Below are positions 1 to 7,679 of a stretch of DNA of 64,000 nt, one piece after another. The translations under genes and the position numbers were made by a program. Position 1 is the first letter of the stretch, and each line of letters starts with the position of its first letter. The stretch is taken from assembly GCA_963662465.1 (NCBI GenBank), contig OY759599.1, positions 1,952,001-2,016,000 of the forward strand, in the 5' to 3' direction. The notes under the pieces are model-generated. The model was not told where the DNA came from and made no database searches. It saw only the letters and a list, made by a program, of their open reading frames with translations. The stretch comes from Desulfatiglandales bacterium. GTDB lineage: Bacteria; Desulfobacterota; DSM-4660; Desulfatiglandales; Desulfatiglandaceae.

Positions 1-2
1 AG

Positions 3-362
3 GCAAAAGATGGGTTCTTTACCAGGGCCGCGGTAGAGGGTCTCCACTCAAAACGGCTCGAAGAATATTTCGCTCCGGAGAAAGAGGGTTTCAGAGTAAA
101 AGAGGTGCTAAAGCGCATGGTAAGCTTTGAGGAACACAGCCTCATCGCCGCCCCCCCCTGTACCGGGCAGAATCTTGTGCTGTGTCGGAATGTCCTCATC
201 TATTTCTCTCCCATCCTGCAGGCGCAGGTTTTGAAACACCTTCACCGGGGGCTACGCCACGGAGGTTTTTTGCTCTTAGGCAAGGCTGAGGCCCCGGGGA
301 AGGAAACAAAAGGATTGTTTCAATGTGTAAACAACAAAGCAAAACTGTATCGGAAAGCGTGA
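3..362 (+). CDS. cheR: CheR-type protein-glutamate methyltransferase, C-terminal part (5' end outside window)
   Basis: Frame is open from base 3; contains LVLCRNVLIYF and GGFLLLGKAE CheR motifs. Confidence 0.9.
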   Translation, partial: AKDGFFTRAAVEGLHSKRLEEYFAPEKEGFRVKEVLKRMVSFEEHSLIAAPPCTGQNLVLCRNVLIYFSPILQAQVLKHLHRGLRHGGFLLLGKAEAPGKETKGLFQCVNNKAKLYRKA

Positions 363-949
363 TCCGTAATCCGCAATCCGCAATCCGCAATCTGGTTGTC
401 ATTGCCGCGTCGGCCGGAGGGATTTCCCCGTTGACCCAGGTGATCTCTCAACTGCCCAAAGGGCTGGCGGCCGCGGTGATTGTGGTGCAGCACCTCTCGG
501 CGAAAAGGGAAACCACTCTTCCCGAAATGCTGAATCGTCAGTCAAAATTACAGGTATCCCTGGCCGAGGACGGGATGCCCCTTGAAGCCGGAAAAGTCTA
601 TATTGCGGAGCCGGGGAAACACCTCCTGGTGGAGGACGATTTCCTGTCCGTGGTTTTTTCCGAGCGGGTCCACTATGTGCGCCCTTCCGCGGACCTGCTC
701 TTTGTCTCCGCGGCCACATCCTTCGGTCGACGTGTGATCGGGGTTGTTCTCTCCGGGACGGGCAAGGACGGGGCCCTCGGTTGCGTCTCCATCAAGGCAA
801 AGGGAGGGGTCACCATGGCCCAGGATGAAGCAACCGCCGGTTACTATGGTATGCCGCAGAGCGCCATTGACGCCGATGCAATCGATTACGTTTTACCACC
901 AAACCGTATCGTTGACAAGATTGTGGAACTGGTCAATACTACCCGATGA
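359..949 (+). CDS. cheB: Stand-alone CheB methylesterase (no receiver domain)
   Basis: Catalytic motifs AASAGG, VQHL, RPSAD, LSGTGKDG; GTG at 359 overlaps the cheR stop (GTGA). Confidence 0.9.
   Translation: MIRNPQSAIRNLVVIAASAGGISPLTQVISQLPKGLAAAVIVVQHLSAKRETTLPEMLNRQSKLQVSLAEDGMPLEAGKVYIAEPGKHLLVEDDFLSVVFSERVHYVRPSADLLFVSAATSFGRRVIGVVLSGTGKDGALGCVSIKAKGGVTMAQDEATAGYYGMPQSAIDADAIDYVLPPNRIVDKIVELVNTTR
362..392. repeat. Tandem heptamer repeat (ATCCGCA)n at the cheB 5' end
   Basis: atccgta atccgca atccgca atccgca atc; related copies at ~982-1000 and inverted at ~2932-2940. Confidence 0.8.
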
Positions 950-1032
950 CCGTTGAACCCATAACCGATTCGTTATTTGTCAATCCGCATTCCGCAATCC
1001 AAATAAAAAAAAGGGGGAAAAGGTAAACAGCC

Positions 1033-2547
1033 ATGAAAAAAGTAAAGGTATTACGCCATTCACGGTCGGCGGGAGATCTCCGGACCCGGCCCACGACCAC
1101 CACCGACAGGTTTAAAGAAACGGTGCCGGCCAAGGTGAGCCGGAATATCCGCCAGGGGCACCTGGTGAAGGCCATGAGGGGCATCAACCACCTTGAATGG
1201 GAGCCCTGGGAACAGACGGTTACAGAGATGCAGCGGGCCATGGACCGGCAACGTCTGAACCAGAACAATCGTTTTTATAACGCCCTGGACACGGCCCATC
1301 AGATGGTACAGGAGATACGGCGAAGGGAAGAGGAACTTCAGGCCATCAACGAGGAAATGGAGGCTTCAAACGAAGAGCTTCAGGCCACCAATGAGGAGAT
1401 GGAGGCTACCAATGAAGAGTTGCAGGCGACTTCGGAAGAGCTGCGCCAGGCGGGGGCCTATGCCGGCAGCCTGATCGAGGCGAGCCTGGATACCCTGGTG
1501 ACCATCGGTTCGGATGGAAAAATCACCGATATCAATTCCGAAACGGAAAGAATCACCGGTCGCACCAGAGAAGAACTCGTGGGCACGGACTTTTCGAATT
1601 ATTTCACGGATCCCGAGAATGCAAGGACAGGGTATCTGAAAGCCTTAAAGGAGGGGGCGGTGCGAGACTATCCTCTGGAACTCCGGCACGCCGATGAGCA
1701 TGTGACGCCTGTCCTGTACAACGCCTCGGTGTATCGGGACGAGGCCGGGAAGGTCTTAGGGGTTTTCGCGGCAGCCCGGGACGTCACGGAGCAGAAAAAA
1801 ACAGAGGAAAAGCTGAAAAACCTGCTGGATCAACTCAAAGGATCCCAGGCCCAACTCATACAGGCCGGAAAAATGGGCGCCATGGGCACCATGACCGCCG
1901 GCATAGCGCACGAACTTAACAACCCCATGATGGGGATACTCAATTTTGTTCAGTATTGTCTCAAACACACCTCACCGGACGACAGGCGATACACGGTCCT
2001 TCAAGACGCTGAGAATGAAACGAAACGCTGTGCTGAGATTGTTCAGAATCTCTTAACCTTTTCCCGCATGGAGCAGGAAGGTGAGGAAGAGTATACTAAA
2101 GTGAGCTGCAAGATGATACTGGATCGCGTTCTCAAGTTACTATCCTACCGGGTCGAGAGAGAAAAGGTATTGCTCACTGAACATACGGCTGAAGAAATCC
2201 CCCCCATCTGGGTGAAAGAAAACAATATTCAACAGGTGATCTTCAATTTGATCGGCAATGCCCTGGACAGTTTAAGAACCAGCGATAAAAAAAAGATCCA
2301 TGCGGACATACGCCCTGAAGGTAAATTTGTCCAAATAACCATTGGGGATACCGGGTGTGGTATTTCCCCTGAAAACCTCCAAAAAATCTTCGATCCCTTT
2401 TTTACCACAAAACCTGTCGGGAAAGGAACGGGGCTTGGACTTTCCATATGCCACAGCATTGTCGAGTCCCACGGCGGAAATATCAAAGGAACAAAGATAA
2501 GGGTTCTATTACCCATTGAGAAAAGTGACGGGGATAAGGGAAATTAA
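1033..2547 (+). CDS. PAS histidine kinase with methyl-accepting-type EE heptad coiled coil (MAC-like)
   Basis: EEELQAINEEMEASNEELQATNEE repeats, PAS, H-box GIAHELNNP, N-box NLIGNALD, DTGCG, PFFTTK, GTGLGL; start codon uncertain. Confidence 0.88.
   Translation: MKKVKVLRHSRSAGDLRTRPTTTTDRFKETVPAKVSRNIRQGHLVKAMRGINHLEWEPWEQTVTEMQRAMDRQRLNQNNRFYNALDTAHQMVQEIRRREEELQAINEEMEASNEELQATNEEMEATNEELQATSEELRQAGAYAGSLIEASLDTLVTIGSDGKITDINSETERITGRTREELVGTDFSNYFTDPENARTGYLKALKEGAVRDYPLELRHADEHVTPVLYNASVYRDEAGKVLGVFAAARDVTEQKKTEEKLKNLLDQLKGSQAQLIQAGKMGAMGTMTAGIAHELNNPMMGILNFVQYCLKHTSPDDRRYTVLQDAENETKRCAEIVQNLLTFSRMEQEGEEEYTKVSCKMILDRVLKLLSYRVEREKVLLTEHTAEEIPPIWVKENNIQQVIFNLIGNALDSLRTSDKKKIHADIRPEGKFVQITIGDTGCGISPENLQKIFDPFFTTKPVGKGTGLGLSICHSIVESHGGNIKGTKIRVLLPIEKSDGDKGN
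1330..1443 (+). repeat. Degenerate 21-bp coding repeat (EE[L/M][Q/E]AxN heptads)
   Basis: gaggaacttcaggccatcaac / gaggaaatggaggcttcaaac / gaagagcttcaggccaccaat / gaggagatggaggctaccaat / gaagagttgcaggcgacttcg. Confidence 0.85.
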
Positions 2548-2548
2548 A

Positions 2549-2932
2549 ATGAGCAAGCGTATTTTGGTCATTGACGATGAATTGTCCATCAGGAAATCGT
2601 TTCTCCTGGCCCTTGAAGATACGGGGTACCTGGTGGATACCGTTGAATCGGGGGAGAAAGGGATCGAAATGGAACAAAACAACAAATATGATCTGATCTT
2701 TCTTGACCTCAAGATGCCGGGGTTAAACGGCGTGGAAACCTTGCGGGCACTGCGAAAAATAGATATGGATGTACCGATTTACATTGTAACGGCTTTTCAT
2801 AAAGAGTTTTTTGAAGGACTCAAAAAGGCGGGAGAAGACGGAATAGACTTTGAGATGGTCAAGAAACCCATCGGTGGCGCCGATATTGTTTTGGTCGCCA
2901 AAAGTGTCTTGGAAGGGGCAACAGGATATTAG
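2549..2932 (+). CDS. Single-domain response regulator
   Basis: VIDDE, FLDLKMPG, IVTAF, KP motifs; ATG immediately after the kinase stop. Confidence 0.92.
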   Translation: MSKRILVIDDELSIRKSFLLALEDTGYLVDTVESGEKGIEMEQNNKYDLIFLDLKMPGLNGVETLRALRKIDMDVPIYIVTAFHKEFFEGLKKAGEDGIDFEMVKKPIGGADIVLVAKSVLEGATGY

Positions 2933-2976
2933 ATTGCGGACTATCGCCAATCTTCAATATTATAAAGGGAAGCGCC

Positions 2977-3273
2977 ATGAAACGAATACTACTCCGTTTA
3001 TACGTTACCGGTTCAACACCACGATCCATGAAGGCCATCGCAAACCTGAAAGCTATTTGTGAAGGGGAATTGAAGGGCAAAGTCGATCTTCAGGTGATAG
3101 ATGTTTTGGAACATCCCCAATTGGCTGAAAATGAGAAGGTCATTGCAACCCCCACCCTGATCAAGGAGATTCCCCCGCCCTTAAGGCGTATCATCGGGGA
3201 CCTGTCGGACAAGGACAGGGTCCTGCTTGGGCTTGAGATTGTTGAGGCAATCGCACTCAAGAAAACAGAATGA
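2977..3273 (+). CDS. kaiB: KaiB-family protein
   Basis: LRLYVTGSTPRS...VIDVLEHPQLAE...IATPTLIKEIPPPLRRIIGDLSD matches the KaiB signature over its full length. Confidence 0.95.
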   Translation: MKRILLRLYVTGSTPRSMKAIANLKAICEGELKGKVDLQVIDVLEHPQLAENEKVIATPTLIKEIPPPLRRIIGDLSDKDRVLLGLEIVEAIALKKTE

Positions 3274-3372
3274 AAAAGATCCTTGTCGCGCCGGCGCTGA
3301 TCAAAGACCTGCCGGCGGCCTCTCAGACAGGTCATCAATCCTTTCCGCCACCCTGAATGAGCCGGAGGTTTT

Positions 3373-4866
3373 ATGAAAACAAAGGCTTTTCGCATTCTTG
3401 CCCTGGACGATGAACCGTCGATCCTCCAGTTGTACAAGCGGATACTCCCCGCGGGACAAGGCGGGAAACCGATCCCCGCCGGGGTCGCCTTTGATCTGAC
3501 CTGTTGCGCCCGCGCTGAAGAAGCCGTGGAAGTCTTTCGGGAGGCCGTGGCGGAGAACCGACCCTTTTCGGTGGTTTTTCTGGATATCCGCATGCCTGAA
3601 GGACGGGACGGGGTGTGGGCGGCCGAGGAAATCCGGAAACTGGATACTACCATGGGGATCGTCATGGTCACCGGAGATATTGACGCCGATTTTGATGATG
3701 TGGAACGTCGGGTCCCACCGCCGGACAAGCTCTTCTATTTGGCAAAGCCGTTCAATGCCAAGGAAATCCGCCGGTTTTCCCTGGCCCTCTGTGCCCGATG
3801 GGAGGCGGAAAGGGAACTGCTCCGGATCCATGACCATCTGGAAACCATGGTGGCGGAGAGAACCGCTGCCCTGACGGACGCCAACGAACATCTCAAGGCC
3901 GAAGCGGTAAACCGCCTGGCGGCGGAAAAGACCCTTCGGCTCAGCCAGGAAAACTTCCGTAACATGATTTTGGAAAACGCGGACGGCATCATCATCTTTG
4001 ACCCGGAACAGATGGTTCGGTTCGTCAACCCAGCGGCGGAAGGGATCTTCCGGAAAAAGGCGGAAAAATTCATCGGGACCTCCCTGGGGTTCCCCCTGGT
4101 GGACGGAGACAAAACGGAACTGGATATCGTCCAACCTGGAGGCACTTTGATGGTGGTGGAAATGCGGGTGACGGAAACCCGCTGGGAGGGGGAAAAGGCC
4201 TATCTCGCTTCCCTCCGGGACATCTCGGAGCACAGTCGCACCAAGGAAGACCTGAGAGAAAGCGTCGAAAGTCTTGAAAACACCATGACTCGTACGGTGG
4301 AGGCCATGGCCAGGACCGTTGAAAGAAGAGACCCCTACACGGCGGGCCATCAGTACAGGGTGGCGACACTGTCGCGGGCCATCGGCCGGGAGATGGGATT
4401 TTCCGACCAGGAGATCCTGGGCCTCTACATGGCGGCTCTGGTTCACGACATCGGCAAAATATGTATTCCCGCGGAGATCCTTTGCAGACCCGGACGCTTG
4501 AGCAAACCGGAAATGAACATGATCCAATACCATTCCCAAGACGGATACGACATTCTGAAAGACATCCCCTTTCCCTGGCCCATCGCCCGCATTGTCCTGC
4601 AGCATCATGAACGCATGGACGGCTCCGGCTACCCAAAGGGTCTTTCCGGAGATGAAATTATGATGGAGGCTCGGATCCTGGCCGTGGCGGATGTGGTGGA
4701 AGCCATGGCCTCCCACCGCCCCTACCGGGAGGCCCGGGGGCTCCCGCTCGCCCTGGAGGAAATCTCAAAGAACAGCGGAAAATTCTATGACCGGCAGGTG
4801 GTGAACACCTGCGTAAGATTGTTCGAGGAACAGCAATTCACCCTGCCCAACGGGCTGGATTCATAA
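3373..4866 (+). CDS. REC-PAS-HD-GYP phosphodiesterase (probable c-di-GMP PDE)
   Basis: ALDDE/FLDIRMP/KP receiver, PAS, RDPYTAGHQ, LVHDIGK, HHERMDGSGYP, VADVVEAM. Confidence 0.92.
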   Translation: MKTKAFRILALDDEPSILQLYKRILPAGQGGKPIPAGVAFDLTCCARAEEAVEVFREAVAENRPFSVVFLDIRMPEGRDGVWAAEEIRKLDTTMGIVMVTGDIDADFDDVERRVPPPDKLFYLAKPFNAKEIRRFSLALCARWEAERELLRIHDHLETMVAERTAALTDANEHLKAEAVNRLAAEKTLRLSQENFRNMILENADGIIIFDPEQMVRFVNPAAEGIFRKKAEKFIGTSLGFPLVDGDKTELDIVQPGGTLMVVEMRVTETRWEGEKAYLASLRDISEHSRTKEDLRESVESLENTMTRTVEAMARTVERRDPYTAGHQYRVATLSRAIGREMGFSDQEILGLYMAALVHDIGKICIPAEILCRPGRLSKPEMNMIQYHSQDGYDILKDIPFPWPIARIVLQHHERMDGSGYPKGLSGDEIMMEARILAVADVVEAMASHRPYREARGLPLALEEISKNSGKFYDRQVVNTCVRLFEEQQFTLPNGLDS

Positions 4867-4875
4867 AGAGTCTCC

Positions 4876-5555
4876 ATGACCCCGCTCCATCTTCGTCACC
4901 CGATTCATACATTAAGCGGCCGGCAGTTGCTTTCCTCGGGCGCTGCACTCACAAAAGAGACCTTAGATCAGCTCATTTTGTCAAATAAAACAATGCCCGA
5001 ACCATCCTTTTCAGTGATGGATCATGGCTCGACCAAAAGGGACCTCCTTGATTTTATTCATCAGCCGCCCTATAACGCCATATTCTCCGACCCGGAACGA
5101 ATCCGGGATTGATGACCCGCATGGCATCTGTTTGTGAGGAACGGGATATGCTTGAGCATCATGCCGCAGCCGGGTATATTCTGCTTTGTTATCACCTAAA
5201 GGACAAAAACAACCTGGTGGCCCGAGTGGCGCTGAACCATCATGAACGAAGAAACGGCGCCGGATACCCAGAAGGGATAAAGCAAACAGACCGACTGATT
5301 GAAATTGTGGCCGTCTGTGACATCTATGACGCCCTCGTTTCCCGAAGACCCTATCGGGCCGCACCTTATGACAACCGCACAGCACTGGAGGAAATTACCC
5401 TGTTGGCGGAAAAAGGTGAAATATCCTGGGAGGCACTCAACGCATTGATCTCCCATAACCGCAGAAAAAAACCCCACTACAGCCGAGTTATCGCGTTCAT
5501 GGAAAAAAGGGGGGTTCCACCACCAAAGAATGTTTATGGTGTCACGGTAGAATAA
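4876..5555 (+). pseudogene. HD-GYP protein with internal deletion and frame break
   Basis: Two overlapping ORFs (4876-5112, 5109-5555); the C-terminal part has HHERRNGAGYP and CDIYDAL but the HD-containing segment is absent. Confidence 0.75.
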
Positions 5556-5831
5556 GGTATCTATTATTTCCTCGCCTCCCGTGGCCCCCAGTCACCTCAC
5601 CAGGTGACAACTATACTGATACAGGAGGCCAAGCAATAAACTTAAAAAGCTTTATGGGAAAATAATGGGCAATGCCGACATGTATGACGAGATGCTACTG
5701 TCTGCGATTTCGCCCTGGGAGTGTTGAGGAAGGATAGGTTGCAAAACTTTAAAAGAACGTCCCGGTTCCCATGGGGGGGGTTGCCATTCAAAATGAGTTA
5801 TCGTCCAGATTGTATGGTAACGGGGAGTGGT

Positions 5832-5957
5832 ATGGCGATAAAGGGGGTGTTAAGAGAGGAATTGGATAATTCCGTCAGAATGCAGAAAAGATATGAGGAA
5901 GAACTCGAAAGGCTTCCTGTTGGCAGTCTTGTAAGAAAGAAAATCAAGGGGCATTAC
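5832..5957 (+). pseudogene. Truncated small hypothetical protein (MAIKGVLREELDNS...)
   Basis: RBS-like ggggag then ATG; protein-like sequence to KKIKGHY, then runs into C-rich heptamer-like DNA. Confidence 0.4.
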
Positions 5958-6057
5958 GTGGACAGGAGTCAAGATGACCCTTTCCATTTCTGCCCCCAGA
6001 CCCCTGACTCCTGATCCCCAACCCCCACCTTCTGTCCCCAAACGGGGAACAAATTCC

Positions 6058-6085
6058 TTGACAACCGTACCATAAACAGTACAAT
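6058..6085 (+). promoter_or_regulatory. Sigma70-type promoter with overlapping GTAC-N8-GTAC candidate operator
   Basis: TTGACA (6058-6063), 16-nt spacer, TACAAT (6080-6085); GTAC at 6067 and 6079. Confidence 0.7.
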
Positions 6086-6091
6086 CCCTCT

Positions 6092-6439
6092 GTGGATAAG
6101 AGAAAGATCATAAGCGCCCATTTTTATAAATCCTCTTCGGGAAGAATGCCAGTACGGGAATGGCTCCTGTCATTATCAAAAGAGGACAGAATCGAGATCG
6201 GCGGAGATATCGCCAATGTAGAATACCATTGGCCCGTAGGCCCGCCAAAATGTAAACCCATCGGCGATGGGATGTTCGAAATTCGCTCCAGAATTTCGAA
6301 CGACCGAATCGCCCGGGTGCTTTTCTTTACAGAATCCGATCAGTTATATCTACTTCATGGATTCATCAAGAAAACCACCAAAATCCCCAAACGGGACGTC
6401 GATCTGGCGCGGAACCGAAAGAAGGTAATGGAGGGATAA
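6092..6439 (+). CDS. Type II toxin, RelE/ParE superfamily (HigB/Gp49-like)
   Basis: FYKSSSGRMPVREWL...GMFEIRS...ARVLF...LLHGFIKKT; lies upstream of an HTH antitoxin. Confidence 0.88.
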   Translation: MDKRKIISAHFYKSSSGRMPVREWLLSLSKEDRIEIGGDIANVEYHWPVGPPKCKPIGDGMFEIRSRISNDRIARVLFFTESDQLYLLHGFIKKTTKIPKRDVDLARNRKKVMEG

Positions 6440-6441
6440 AA

Positions 6442-6735
6442 ATGATCAACAAAAAGCATATCGGACAAGGTTTTGAGGATTTTCTCCAGGAAGAAGGGAT
6501 CTACGAACAAGTCCAGTTGAATGCCTTGAAAAAGACCCTTGCGCATCAGATCAAGGCCATGATGGAGGAACGAGGCATACCCAAAACAGAGATGGCAAGT
6601 CGTATGCACACGAGCCGATCCTCTCTGGACCGTCTTCTAAATGAGAATTTCTGCAACGTGACCATCGGCACGATCAGTAAGGCAGCAACTGTTCTGGGAA
6701 AACGAATCGAACTCTCCCTCGTGGACAACGGATAA
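6442..6735 (+). CDS. XRE-family HTH antitoxin (HigA-like)
   Basis: HIGQGFEDFLQEEG N-terminus and KTEMASRMHTSRSSLDRLL HTH; starts 2 nt after the toxin stop. Confidence 0.88.
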   Translation: MINKKHIGQGFEDFLQEEGIYEQVQLNALKKTLAHQIKAMMEERGIPKTEMASRMHTSRSSLDRLLNENFCNVTIGTISKAATVLGKRIELSLVDNG

Positions 6736-7110
6736 GCATGATACGAAGGATGCGGCCAATGTAGCGGATTTGGTTTCCCAAGGCAAATATCTGTTTTACG
6801 AATATCCGATCATGCCGCTTCGCGAACTGCGAAATCTGCTGTCTTTTAAACGTCGGCTGAAAAAACAGGAACATGGGACCAGAGTACGAATTCGGAATCA
6901 TTTGCTTGCTCAGTATTTTCCTGAATTGGATACTTATTTTTCCCGGATATCAGGCTGTAGCCTTAGCGTTGTGAAATGGTGTCTGGAACCTTCTTTGATT
7001 GCAGGACTGGAGTACGAAGAGTTCCTTAGGTTGGTCGCACCCGGTAAACGTACGGTAAGACAACTGGAGTACGTGAAGCAGATTTGGGAAAAGGCATTTG
7101 AATCCATCCT
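6731..7110 (+). mobile_element. IS110-family transposase internal fragment
   Basis: Frame reads DKHDTKDAANVADLVSQGK...LRELRNLL...RIRNHLLAQYFPELD; both ends missing. Confidence 0.7.
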
Positions 7111-7119
7111 GAGAAGGCA

Positions 7120-7377
7120 TTGTCCCTGTGCGAAGAACGCACCGACCACATCCACCTGCTCATCACGGATGTGGTGATGCCGGAGATGGATGGCGGTCAG
7201 TTAACGGAACGGGTTAAGAAACGGATGCCGGGGGTCAAAGTTCTCTATATGTCGGGATATACAGAGGACGTCATCGCGCAAAAGGGTGTGCTTTATAAAG
7301 GGGTCCGGTTCCTTCAAAAACCCTTCTCCCGGGAAGCATTGCTCAGGAAGGTTCGTGAGGTATTGGATGAGAAATGA
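7120..7377 (+). pseudogene. C-terminal receiver-domain fragment, probably of a hybrid kinase
   Basis: IHLLITDVVMPEMDG...VLYMSGY...FLQKPFS; the N-terminal DD strand is missing and it abuts the IS110 fragment. Confidence 0.75.
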
Positions 7378-7413
7378 ACCGCCGTTCCGGGATAATGTAT
7401 TCGTAACCGTTCA

Positions 7414-7606
7414 CAGGGTGCAGGGTGTAGTTGTCAGGGGGCCGAATGAGATTGGAAGATTTTATATGTATGGAAAAGAGGCCCACGATTGAGTCCAATA
7501 TCCACAAACAATCAGATCAAACATGCCGATTGTCTCAATTTGATAGATGTCAAGTGCTTGAGAAAGAATTAGCGCTGATTTTTCTGCACCCTGACAACTG
7601 CACCCT
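7414..7606. repeat. Inverted-repeat-bounded element containing a decayed four-helix-bundle-like gene start
   Basis: agggtgtagttgtcaggg (7422-7439) vs ccctgacaactgcaccct (7589-7606), 17/18 complementary; ATG at 7446 reads MRLED(L)YVWKR..RLS.NIHK across frameshifts. Confidence 0.6.
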
Positions 7607-7679
7607 CTTAATCCCGGAAGACCTCTACCCGGTCCCTTTTGATGTATATTTTAGACATACATTAACCAGTGATGCAAAT

